Shown: piece after piece, positions 54,373 through 62,246 of the stretch | How positions within the stretch are numbered: the stretch's first letter is position 1 | How the letters are laid out: each line of letters opens with the position of its first letter | From: a virus | Virus record (IMG/VR): IMGVR_UViG_3300031152_000003 | Coordinates: 6,438-70,437 of that record | Direction: 5' to 3' (one strand) | DNA: 64,000 bases | Translations under genes and position numbers: made by a program | Notes under the pieces: generated by a model | Seen by the model: the letters and a program-made list of their open reading frames with translations, nothing else | Told to the model about the DNA's origin: nothing | Database searches by the model: none

Positions 54373-54818
54373 TAGCGCCGGAACGGTCGACCGACCGGAC
54401 GCCGGTCAACCTCGGCCTGGTCACCGTCCAGGAGTATCCCGGCCGTGGCGCAGCATGGTCGTGCCGGCTGTGCGGTGCCGGCTGCGCACCCGGCTGCTAC
54501 TCCCTCCGCGTGACGCGAGCCGAGGCGCGCGAGCATCTGCGGTTGCGCTGCCCCCGCGCGGCAGACCACCACGTCACCGAGACCTACGTGACCTGGACGG
54601 CTGGGGACGGCCTGTACGCCGGCCAAGTCCGGTCGCTGTCGGGGCAGCCGCACCGGTGGGCGCGATGCAGCTGCCGCCGGTGGATCGCCGCGGCGCATAG
54701 CCGACCCCAGGCCCGGGCGGACGCCCGACAGCACCGGGACGCCGCACACACCGCTGTGCTGGCCAGCACCAATCACCTGACGGCATACATCCGAGGCGAG
54801 GAGGAGACCGGTGGCTGA
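54369..54818 (+). CDS. Cys-rich hypothetical protein (149 aa)
   Basis: GTG 54369 after GGAGCG. Confidence 0.45.
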   Translation: MIAPERSTDRTPVNLGLVTVQEYPGRGAAWSCRLCGAGCAPGCYSLRVTRAEAREHLRLRCPRAADHHVTETYVTWTAGDGLYAGQVRSLSGQPHRWARCSCRRWIAAAHSRPQARADARQHRDAAHTAVLASTNHLTAYIRGEEETGG

Positions 54819-55098
54819 CTGCCTGATCTGGTCGAACGAGCACGGCGCCTGGTGGGCGCCGGACCGGACCGGCTACACGACGGTGATCGAGGCCGCCGGC
54901 CGCTACCCGCAGGCCCAGGCTGAGCGGATCGTCGCTGACGCCACAGTCGGCGGGCGGATCACCGTGGTCCGTGAGGGGCCGCGGGGTGAGCGGCTGACGG
55001 TGCCGACCGAGGTGCTGGTCGTGCTGGCCGACATCCGGCTGGTCGACGTCCCCGGGCTGCCGCTGGCACACGGACGCGAGGAGGAGACCGGTGGCTGA
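54811..55098 (+). CDS. hypothetical protein (95 aa)
   Basis: GTG within repeated junction GAGGAGGAGACCGGTGGCTGA. Confidence 0.45.
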   Translation: MADCLIWSNEHGAWWAPDRTGYTTVIEAAGRYPQAQAERIVADATVGGRITVVREGPRGERLTVPTEVLVVLADIRLVDVPGLPLAHGREEETGG

Positions 55099-55399
55099 GA
55101 CCACGCGGGACGGAGCGGCGCTGGCTGAGGTCCGGGAACTGCTCGACTCCTACTTCCGGCACACGCTGAGGCTGGACCTCGACGAGGACATCCCGGCGTG
55201 CGCGGCGGACCTCGTTGCACTGACTGCCCGCTGGGTCGCCGAGGCGCTGAGCGGCGCCGCGGATCACCTCCGCCAGAGAGCCGACGAAGTTCGGGATGCC
55301 GCGCAGGACTCGCTTGATCGAGCGCGGATGGTCGGGATGAACGACGCCAGTCTCATCCTGCTGGCGCTGGCCGCCGAGTACCGGGCCGGCACGCGGTGA
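55091..55399 (+). CDS. hypothetical protein (102 aa)
   Basis: GTG within second copy of the junction repeat. Confidence 0.45.
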   Translation: MAETTRDGAALAEVRELLDSYFRHTLRLDLDEDIPACAADLVALTARWVAEALSGAADHLRQRADEVRDAAQDSLDRARMVGMNDASLILLALAAEYRAGTR

Positions 55400-55635
55400 C
55401 CCGCCCCCCGGTGTTCCCCACCGACGCCGACGGCCCGCATCAGGCCGGGGAGACCATGACCGACCAGGACGGCCGGGAGTGGACCTACAAGAACGGGGGG
55501 ACGTGGCGGTCCGGCGACGACACGGTCGAGTTCGGACAGCCCGTCCCGGCATGGGTAGCGGCGATGGAGAACTTGGACGAGGCGGTCAGGTTGATGGACG
55601 CCGCCGCGGCGCAGGACCCGGACGGTCGGGAATGA
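55396..55635 (+). CDS. hypothetical protein (79 aa)
   Basis: coupled. Confidence 0.45.
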   Translation: MTRPPVFPTDADGPHQAGETMTDQDGREWTYKNGGTWRSGDDTVEFGQPVPAWVAAMENLDEAVRLMDAAAAQDPDGRE

Positions 55636-55802
55636 CCCGGATCTGGCTGGCCATGTGCATCACCGGGATCGCCGTCGTGTGGGCACCGGCCCTGGTGATC
55701 AGGTTCGGCGATCGGGAGTCGTTCCGGGGGCCGCTGGTCGTGTACGGGGTGGGGATGGTGTTGCTGTTCGCGGGCGCCGTCGGGCTGACGGTGACCGGAT
55801 GA
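55632..55802 (+). CDS. small membrane protein (56 aa)
   Basis: ATGA coupling; two hydrophobic helices. Confidence 0.4.
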   Translation: MTRIWLAMCITGIAVVWAPALVIRFGDRESFRGPLVVYGVGMVLLFAGAVGLTVTG

Positions 55803-56110
55803 CCGCCGACCCGCGGCAGGTGATCCGGGACGCCGTGTACGAGCAGTGGCACCGCATCCAGGACTACGACTCGGACCCGGAGATAGTGGCGGACGCGGTC
55901 CTGGCCGCGCTCACCGTTGAGGGGCTGGCCGTGGTTCCGGTGGCCGAGCGGCGGGAGGAGTGGGGCATCCGGTTCATCGTTGACGGCCGGTCTTGCGTGG
56001 ACCGCTACAACGACCGCAAGGAAGCGGCGGACGGCCTGTCGTACATGGACAGCGGCGAGGTCGTCCACCGCGCCGTGCAGACCGGCTCGTGGAAGGCACC
56101 CGATGCCTGA
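55799..56110 (+). CDS. hypothetical protein (103 aa)
   Basis: coupled. Confidence 0.45.
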   Translation: MTADPRQVIRDAVYEQWHRIQDYDSDPEIVADAVLAALTVEGLAVVPVAERREEWGIRFIVDGRSCVDRYNDRKEAADGLSYMDSGEVVHRAVQTGSWKAPDA

Positions 56111-56453
56111 CCGATCCGATCCTGCCGCGGTGATTGCCGCCGCTCTGGACGCCGAGTTCGTCGCGCGGAACGGCTCGACCGACGAGGTGATCCGGGCGGC
56201 GCACGCCGACACTGCCCGGATCGCGGTCGCCGCGCTCGCCGCGGCTGAGTTGTCCGCTGTGGCGGTCGAGTCGTCCCGGATCGAGTGGGCGCTGCGGTGG
56301 GGCGCCGGGATGGTGACTGCGGTCGGCCCCACTAACGATCCGGTAGGCGATGAGCGGTTGGCGCGGGGTGCGGCTGCGGGCCGGCCGTGGGACACGCTGG
56401 TTCAGCGGGTCGTGCATGTCGGGCCGTGGCGGAAGGTGGTCGACGATGCCTGA
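56103..56453 (+). CDS. hypothetical protein (116 aa)
   Basis: coupled. Confidence 0.45.
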   Translation: MPDRSDPAAVIAAALDAEFVARNGSTDEVIRAAHADTARIAVAALAAAELSAVAVESSRIEWALRWGAGMVTAVGPTNDPVGDERLARGAAAGRPWDTLVQRVVHVGPWRKVVDDA

Positions 56454-56865
56454 GCGGATCCGGCTCACCCGCGCGAGGGGCTCGGTCCGCCCGGCCGGCG
56501 TGGTCGTCTGCGACCGGTCCACCGTCTTCGGGAACCCGTGGCGGACGGTGGACTGCCCTGATGGCCCCCCACCGGCCGAGCGGCCCCTGTGGGTGGTGCG
56601 GCGGTACGCCCGGGACCTGGCCGAGCGTGGCGGGGTGGGTGAGGATCCGTGGCCGTTCGTGCCGCTCGCCGAGCTGCGTGAGCGGCTGGCCGGCAGGGAC
56701 TTGGGGTGCTGGTGCCGGCTGGACGCGTGGTGTCATGCCACGGACGTGTTGATGCCGGTGGCGGCCGGGGTGGATCCGGCGGTGGTGTTCCGCATGCTGC
56801 CGCTGCCGGATTCGGTGGTCGAGCTCGCGGCCCGGATCGACGCGGCGTTCCCCCGGCCGACCTGA
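56446..56865 (+). CDS. DUF4326-domain protein
   Basis: VVCDRSTVFGNPW...CWCRLDAWCHATDVL resembles the DUF4326 signature. Confidence 0.55.
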   Translation: MPERIRLTRARGSVRPAGVVVCDRSTVFGNPWRTVDCPDGPPPAERPLWVVRRYARDLAERGGVGEDPWPFVPLAELRERLAGRDLGCWCRLDAWCHATDVLMPVAAGVDPAVVFRMLPLPDSVVELAARIDAAFPRPT

Positions 56866-56960
56866 CCGAGGCGCCACGCCCGGGCCAACTCCCCGACCGC
56901 GACGAACAGCACGCCCCACAGCACGGGCGCGGTGATCAGCCACCACTCGGCCCCGGTCAT
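56733..56960 (-). CDS. small membrane protein; convergent 3' overlap with DUF4326 gene, uncertain
   Basis: ATGA coupling at 56957-56960; antisense overlap makes GC3 uninformative. Confidence 0.25.
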   Translation of the reverse strand: MTGAEWWLITAPVLWGVLFVAVGELARAWRLGQVGRGNAASIRAASSTTESGSGSMRNTTAGSTPAATGINTSVA

Positions 56961-57169
56961 GTCCCGTCCCTCGGCGCCCCGTCGCGGCTCGCCCCGCACT
57001 GGCAGCAGAACCATTCGATCATCGGGTCGGCCGGGTGCCACCAGTGGCCGCCCGCCTTCCGGCAGGCGCGGCGCTGCTTCCACGTGCGGAGGCCGGGGAC
57101 GTTGTGCGGCCGGACGGGGAGCCATCCGGTGGTTCCGGCCAGCGTGACGTGCTCCGGGTGCCCGGTCAC
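56957..57169 (-). CDS. small zinc-finger protein (70 aa)
   Basis: GTG start; WFCCQCG. Confidence 0.4.
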   Translation of the reverse strand: MTGHPEHVTLAGTTGWLPVRPHNVPGLRTWKQRRACRKAGGHWWHPADPMIEWFCCQCGASRDGAPRDGT

Positions 57170-57438
57170 CGCAGCGCCGCCGCTGCCATCGCCGCGGCCC
57201 CCAGGACGGCCCCTACGGCTCCGGCGAGGTTGACCCACCCCGAGTCCGCGGTGAGGCCCACGAGGGACCACACGGCCACAGCCAGCCCCGCCAGGGCGGT
57301 GATGCTGCGGCGTCCGCGGCGTCGTCGGTGGCTCCCGGGGTGGCGTTTGCCCGGGCGGCGGGTGAGTATGGCTGGTCGGCGTCCCGTGGTACGCGATGCC
57401 CGCGGGGCGCCGGCTTCACTCGACCTCATCGGGACCAT
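57166..57438 (-). CDS. small membrane protein
   Basis: two TM helices at C-terminus. Confidence 0.4.
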   Translation of the reverse strand: MVPMRSSEAGAPRASRTTGRRPAILTRRPGKRHPGSHRRRRGRRSITALAGLAVAVWSLVGLTADSGWVNLAGAVGAVLGAAAMAAAALR

Positions 57439-57574
57439 CCGGGGTAGCGCTGTCGATCGACGACCGTGCGGCGCGTAGTTCGTCGGCGCAGGCCCGGGCG
57501 TGTTTGGCGATGATGTCCAGCGCGGCGGCGAACTGCTCGGTGTCGACCGACACCGAGATCTCACTGCGGGCCAT
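57416..57574 (-). CDS. hypothetical protein (52 aa)
   Basis: GC3-rich tail of Arg/Pro-rich listed ORF. Confidence 0.35.
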   Translation of the reverse strand: MARSEISVSVDTEQFAAALDIIAKHARACADELRAARSSIDSATPDGPDEVE

Positions 57575-57942
57575 CAGTGGTCTCCATCTCGATCCGGCCC
57601 GAGGCACTTCCGGACCTTCCCGGCGACGACCTCGCTGTACGGCAGGCCGCAGCCGTTGCGGCACAGCACCGAGTCGTCCTGCCAGTCGTCGTCGCGGGTG
57701 AAGCCGTGCGCGAGCCGGTCGAGCCGGTCGTCTGGCTCCTCGTCGCCGTCCGGCCAGTACTCGGCCAGCAGCTCGTCCGGGGTCAACTGCGGCTCGGCCA
57801 GCCTCCGCACGTCCGGCATCAACTCCACGTCGAACCAGTCGGGCCAGGTCTGGCCGGTCACACCCATGACCAGTCCGGCACAGACCACAACGGCGGGCAC
57901 GTACACGTCCCCGTCGCAGGCGTCCCCGCACAGTCGGGGCAC
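57574..57942 (-). CDS. acidic hypothetical protein (start possibly internal M at 57867)
   Basis: Asp/Glu/Trp-rich; C-terminal CRNGC. Confidence 0.45.
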   Translation of the reverse strand: MPRLCGDACDGDVYVPAVVVCAGLVMGVTGQTWPDWFDVELMPDVRRLAEPQLTPDELLAEYWPDGDEEPDDRLDRLAHGFTRDDDWQDDSVLCRNGCGLPYSEVVAGKVRKCLGPDRDGDH

Positions 57943-58067
57943 GAATCGTGCAACTCGTCGTCAACCGCCGCAGCCGGGGCCGGTGGCGACCAGCCGGGGT
58001 TCGCGTGCTGGCCGTGGTCGGGTCGGGGGGTGCGCACAGGGTCCTCCTCGGTGCGGGGTTCAAGCAT
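57858..58067 (-). CDS. hypothetical Cys-rich protein (69 aa)
   Basis: ORF in operon direction. Confidence 0.3.
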   Translation of the reverse strand: MLEPRTEEDPVRTPRPDHGQHANPGWSPPAPAAAVDDELHDSCPDCAGTPATGTCTCPPLWSVPDWSWV

Positions 58068-58263
58068 GCGGCAGGTCCGGCACGGGTGCGAGGTGCCGCC
58101 GTTTCCGGCGGCGCAGCTCGTCGGGGAGGGGCGGGCGTCCGCGGGCCTGCTGCAGCGCCCGGTCGCGGATGGCCGCGGAAACGGCGGGGTCGGGTGCGTG
58201 GGCGTGGCCGGGTGGGACGAGCGGCACGGGGATCGGCTCGGGTAGGCCGGTCGGGTGGGTCAC
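58060..58263 (-). CDS. hypothetical protein (67 aa)
   Basis: ATGA coupling with upstream gene. Confidence 0.35.
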   Translation of the reverse strand: MTHPTGLPEPIPVPLVPPGHAHAPDPAVSAAIRDRALQQARGRPPLPDELRRRKRRHLAPVPDLPHA

Positions 58264-59189
58264 AGGGTCTCCACGGTGCGGAAGCCGGTGCGGATGCTGT
58301 CGAAGATCGCCCGCATCCCGGCAGGTGGCAACCCGGGATTTCCGGTGCGGGCCGGGGCCGGGGCGTCGTCGGGTTTGGCGATGCGGTCAGCGCGGCACAT
58401 GGGGCACTCGCCGCCGGGCCGGTGCTCGACGAGGTGGGCGTGGCATTTGACGACGGCGTGCGCGGGCGGGCGGGCGGCTTCGTGGGCGATGCGGGCGTCC
58501 CGGCAGCCGTGGCAGTTCGGCGGGCTGGGGTGGTGGCCGTGGGCGGGGCACCGGCCGACGTACGTGGGCGGCGGTGCGGCCCGCTGCTCGGCGCGGGGTT
58601 CGGGGTTGGGGGGTTCAGGGATCGGAGGGGGTGGGGATTTGGGCGCCGCGGGGCGGCGCTCCCCTTCCCTGGACTCTTCAAGGACCTTTAAAGGACCTTT
58701 ACCCGCTGAGGAGTAAGCGGGGGGTGCGCTTACCGCTGAGGGGGGGGTGGCCTTAGCAGTAAGCGGGGGGTGCGCTGAGGAGTAAGCGGGGGTGCCGTCG
58801 CGGTCCGATGACGGATCCGTCAGGTCAGGCTGGCTGACGTTGTGGCTCTTGGAGCCGTCGCAGCCCGCCGGGCAGATGAGGAGGAACTCGTACAAGTTGG
58901 TACGGAACTCGTCCCTCATGGCCATCGTCCCGCCGGCCTTGATGCTGGTCTTGATGGCGCTCATGTGCTCCAAGACGCGAAGGGCTCGACGGGCGGTGTC
59001 GCGGGAGCACTCGGCGTACTTCGCGAGCGTCTTCAGACTCGGCCAGGCCCCACCGTCCCCGTCGTGGTTGGCGATGCCGAGCAGGACGAGCTTCACGGTC
59101 TGCCGGCCGGGGACGACGCCGACACCGGGCACCTCGGCGGGGACGGTGGGGAAGTGGTGCAGGACGATCGCTGCGGCTTCGACGCTCAC
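58260..59189 (-). CDS. second wHTH + Cys/His zinc-finger initiator-like protein with coding-embedded AT-rich iterons (paralog of 5566..6393)
   Basis: N-terminal VKLVLLGIANHDGDGGAWPSLKTLAKYAECSRDTARRALRVLEH wHTH; C-terminal CPAHGHH...CHGC...CHAH...CPMC. Confidence 0.6.
   Translation of the reverse strand: MSVEAAAIVLHHFPTVPAEVPGVGVVPGRQTVKLVLLGIANHDGDGGAWPSLKTLAKYAECSRDTARRALRVLEHMSAIKTSIKAGGTMAMRDEFRTNLYEFLLICPAGCDGSKSHNVSQPDLTDPSSDRDGTPAYSSAHPPLTAKATPPSAVSAPPAYSSAGKGPLKVLEESREGERRPAAPKSPPPPIPEPPNPEPRAEQRAAPPPTYVGRCPAHGHHPSPPNCHGCRDARIAHEAARPPAHAVVKCHAHLVEHRPGGECPMCRADRIAKPDDAPAPARTGNPGLPPAGMRAIFDSIRTGFRTVETL
58681..58800. repeat. AGGACCTTTA x2 tandem followed by three copies of AGTAAGCGGGGGGTGCGCT
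   Basis: repeats read directly; AT-rich patch TCTTCAAGGACCTTTAAAGGACCTTTACC unusual in a 70% GC genome. Confidence 0.5.
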
Positions 59190-59770
59190 GAGGCGCCCTC
59201 GCCCGAAGTCGCGGCAGGCGGAAGAACTGTCGCGTGGTCGGGCATCGGATAGGTCAACCTGTATCGCGGGCCGTCGGGACCGGGGATCTCGGTCAGCAGG
59301 CCCGCGACGACAATCAGGCGGAACAGGTCATCCCACGTGCGAAGCGACGGCATGCCGTGGTGCGCAGCCATCGCAGCGGAGGCTTCCTGGCGGTCGCGTA
59401 GCCCCGCGATCTCTTCAGCGTTGGCCGCAGCGACGTTGACGGGTTCGTCGTCGTCGTCGAAGTCTTTGAAGCTGACCAGTTCGGCGTGGGTGTAGACGTG
59501 GGGTTCTTCCCAGCACGAGTCCTGCCATGGATCGCCGCCATGCGGCATTTGACATAGGCCGTGACGGGCCAGGTCGGCGAGGCTGGGCGGTTCGTCGCCT
59601 ATGGCCGCTGCGTAGAGCAGGAGCGTTCCACCGGTGGGCAGGTGAGCGACGATCCCGCTGTCGGTGATGGCGTGGACGGCAGCTTCCTGCTGGGCCTTGG
59701 TCCACAGTCCGGTGTGGTCGTCGATAGTTGCGTTTGCAACCGGCTGGGGGATTGTCTTATCGTCAGACAC
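59186..59770 (-). CDS. hypothetical protein (194 aa)
   Basis: GC3-rich; ATGA coupling to initiator-like gene. Confidence 0.5.
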   Translation of the reverse strand: MSDDKTIPQPVANATIDDHTGLWTKAQQEAAVHAITDSGIVAHLPTGGTLLLYAAAIGDEPPSLADLARHGLCQMPHGGDPWQDSCWEEPHVYTHAELVSFKDFDDDDEPVNVAAANAEEIAGLRDRQEASAAMAAHHGMPSLRTWDDLFRLIVVAGLLTEIPGPDGPRYRLTYPMPDHATVLPPAATSGEGAS

Positions 59771-59830
59771 AGACGGTGCCTTCCTGGTAGGGGGTAGCAG
59801 TCGAAGCGGCCCCGCGCACGGGCCTCTGGT

Positions 59831-59852
59831 TTCGGGTCATGGCCCCCCGTTC
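59831..59852 (+). terminator. hairpin GGCCCCC-N8-GGGGGCC followed by TTTCTCGTG
   Basis: 7-bp perfect stem with T-rich tail on + strand. Confidence 0.3.
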
Positions 59853-60129
59853 GATGGGGGCCTTTCTCGTGTGGGGTCGTGCCGTCGTGCCTGCCGGCCG
59901 CCGCGGCCGTGTTGGATGTCCCCGAGGGAGTCTGTCGCCGCGGCGGTCATGACCTGGCCGCCCGGTGAGGCTGTCCGCTGCTCTGGCCGGTCACCGCTGT
60001 GTGCGCGGCTGTGCGCGTGTCGTGACGACCGTCATGGTCGGGCGCTGGGGCTGGTGGGGTAATCTGCACGAAGACGTCCTTCCGGCAAAGAGGGTCGATC
60101 GCCGGCTGACAACCGGCAACCATGAACGC

Positions 60130-60170
60130 TGGCCCCTGGGGTGAACCCCGGGGGCCAGACCATTTTGCCC
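60130..60170. terminator. strong hairpin (11-bp stem GGCCCCUGGGG/CCCCGGGGGCC, UGAA loop) followed by AGACCATTTTG; candidate bidirectional terminator
   Basis: A-rich on one side and T-run on the other; downstream of DUF397 gene on - strand. Confidence 0.4.
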
Positions 60171-60259
60171 CCAGGTGTGCGGGGCCGGGTCTACCCGTTC
60201 GGGTGGGGTCCGGGCGCGCACGCTTTGGGGGTAAACACGCCCGGACCCCAGGGCGGAGG

Positions 60260-60493
60260 CTAGTCGGCCCGGTCGAACTCGCCGGCTAAGACGCCCGCGC
60301 GGAACGCGGCCCACTCGACCTCGGTGAACACGAGGACCGGTCCAGCGCCGTTCTGCTTGGAGTCGCGGACCAGCATCCCGCCGTCATCGACAGGCGCCAC
60401 CTCCACACAGCCCTGGTCGTCGCTGAACGTGGACTTCCGCCACGTCAGGTCCGGTGACGCAGTGGCGCCTAAGCCGGTGCTCTTCTCGTGCAT
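60260..60493 (-). CDS. DUF397-domain protein
   Basis: WRKSTFSDDQGCVEVA...VRDSKQNGAGPVLVFTEVEWAAFRAGVLAGEFD is a canonical DUF397 signature. Confidence 0.8.
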   Translation of the reverse strand: MHEKSTGLGATASPDLTWRKSTFSDDQGCVEVAPVDDGGMLVRDSKQNGAGPVLVFTEVEWAAFRAGVLAGEFDRAD

Positions 60494-60542
60494 GTCTCCC
60501 CCTAGGTCGGGTGGGCGGCCCCGAAGCGGTTTCGGGGACGGG

Positions 60543-61328
60543 TCAGCTCACGGCGCGGATGTCCGCGCCGTCCTGCGTGTCGCGGCGTCGAGTCGCGGCC
60601 AGGATGAACCGCTCCCCGGGCAGCAGCGCCACCCAGCATCCAAGCGGCCGGCCGTCAGAATCGTGGGCGGTGCACATCTGGCCGAGGATGGGCTGGCCGG
60701 TCGTCCAGCCCATCTCGACGCTCTCGCCAGCGGTGGCGGGTCTGACGAACACCTCGTCAACCAGGTCTTCGGCGGGGGTGCCGCGTCGCTCGAGGACGGC
60801 TAGGTCGCCGTCCTCGATCAGGGTGGAGACCTCGAGCGACGTGCCCTCCGCTACTTCGGCGGGGAAGTAGCCGTTCGCGATGCTGATCTTGTCGTTGCCG
60901 GCGTACATCACCCGGTGGCGCAGGACGACCGCCTCATCGCCGGTCTCCAGTCGGGCGGCCACTCCCAGCGGCGGAACCAGAACGCCTACGTGCAGCGTCT
61001 GGCTGAGCGGCCGGTCAGGTCCAGAGATTGCCGCGAGAAGCCTGTCGGTCAGCCGCGGGAACGTCGGTGAGTATCCGGCCAAGTCGTTGCCGGTCAGTTC
61101 GAGTCGGTAGCGCTGGCGGTCGCGGACGAACATCCCGGCTGTCGTCCGGCCATAGATCAGTCCCTCGCGTTGCAGGTCTTCCAGTGCTCGACGGACCGTG
61201 CCCCGGGCGACGTGGTGCTGAGCAGCGAGGTCCTCGTTGCTGGGCAGCGCCGCGTTGGCTGGCAGGTCCCCCGACAGGATGCGCCTGCGGAGGTCGTCCG
61301 CAATAGCCGAGTACTTCTGTGCTTTCAT
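60543..61328 (-). CDS. GntR-family regulator with UTRA effector domain (HutC subfamily)
   Basis: N-terminal GntR HTH IADDLRRRILSGDL...EDLAAQHHVARGTVRRALEDLQREGLI plus a ~170-aa C-domain. Confidence 0.8.
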   Translation of the reverse strand: MKAQKYSAIADDLRRRILSGDLPANAALPSNEDLAAQHHVARGTVRRALEDLQREGLIYGRTTAGMFVRDRQRYRLELTGNDLAGYSPTFPRLTDRLLAAISGPDRPLSQTLHVGVLVPPLGVAARLETGDEAVVLRHRVMYAGNDKISIANGYFPAEVAEGTSLEVSTLIEDGDLAVLERRGTPAEDLVDEVFVRPATAGESVEMGWTTGQPILGQMCTAHDSDGRPLGCWVALLPGERFILAATRRRDTQDGADIRAVS

Positions 61329-61401
61329 GTCCGGATTTTCTCCACAGTTGGCAACTTAGTCCAGTGCAAGGCGTAACTAGACTAGACCAATCCATGAAGT
61401 C

Positions 61402-61677
61402 GTGGCACCCTCGGTCATGCCGGTTACCGACCGTCGACACGGGGGTTATGCGATGCCGCACCGTAACCACGGAATCGTCACCCTCGACGACCTCCAAACG
61501 GAGGTCAAGCAAGCTTTGCGCAACGCCGAAGACTGGGCCGCCCGCGTCAACCCCCTCACCCCCGTCTACATCCGCCTCGGCCGACTCACACTCCCCATCC
61601 ACGGCCTCCACGTCGGATCCGTCAACGGGCGGTTCGCCGTCATCCTCGACGTCGCGTTCGACCCGACCCAGCGATGA
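61402..61677 (+). CDS. hypothetical protein (start uncertain: GTG 61402 or ATG 61453)
   Basis: GC3-rich; divergent from GntR gene across an AT-rich gap. Confidence 0.4.
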   Translation: MAPSVMPVTDRRHGGYAMPHRNHGIVTLDDLQTEVKQALRNAEDWAARVNPLTPVYIRLGRLTLPIHGLHVGSVNGRFAVILDVAFDPTQR

Positions 61678-62246
61678 CCCGCTACCGCCGGCACTGGCCC
61701 CGCCGGCACCCCAAGACCGTCGCCGTCCTCGCCCTGGCCGTTGTGGGCTGGTCGGTCACCCACCCGTGGCAGGCCCTCACCGCCGCCATCATCGGCGGCG
61801 CAGCGGCGGGCGCAGCGGCGTGGGCACGGGCCGTCTGGCGCGCACGGCACGCCACCTCGGGCGACATGCGGCCCTGCGGCCTGTACGCCCATTACTTCAC
61901 CACCGCATCCGCCGTCTACGGCGGCATCACCAACAACTACGCCGCCCGCTGCGCCCAGCACGCCGAAACCTCCTGGTGGTGGGCCTACGTCGACCACTCC
62001 CGGTCCACCTTCCAGCAGTGGACCGCCGCCGACTGCCTACCCGGATGGACCCCCCGCATGATGGCCAAGGCCGCCGAGACCGAGTTCATCACCCGCCACG
62101 CGCCGATCGGGAACACGGATGAGAACCCGCTGTTCTGGGAGCAGGAGCCGTACCGGCGCCAGTTGAAGACGGCGATCGGCTGGGTGGATCCGCCCCGTCA
62201 GGCCGCACACGCCGGCCGGCGCCGGATGTCGTGGCGGGCGGCATGA
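61674..62246 (+). CDS. membrane-anchored protein with GIY-YIG-like motif (tentative)
   Basis: TM helix TVAVLALAVVGWSV; CGLYAHYFTTASAVYGGITNNYAARCAQHAE resembles GIY-(10)-YIG...R...H..E. Confidence 0.4.
   Translation: MTRYRRHWPRRHPKTVAVLALAVVGWSVTHPWQALTAAIIGGAAAGAAAWARAVWRARHATSGDMRPCGLYAHYFTTASAVYGGITNNYAARCAQHAETSWWWAYVDHSRSTFQQWTAADCLPGWTPRMMAKAAETEFITRHAPIGNTDENPLFWEQEPYRRQLKTAIGWVDPPRQAAHAGRRRMSWRAA

Noticed and set aside
59831-59852. GTTCGAT loop resembling a tRNA T-loop
   Set aside because: Stem is 7 bp with an 8-nt loop and no acceptor/anticodon context. Treated as a simple hairpin.
60101-60117. Anticodon-arm-like hairpin GCCGG-CTGACAA-CCGGC (7-nt loop with U33/A37-like positions), suggesting a tRNA
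   Set aside because: No flanking D-arm, T-arm (GGTTCGAATCC-like) or acceptor stem on either strand. The neighbouring 11-bp stem has a 4-nt loop, not a T-loop.
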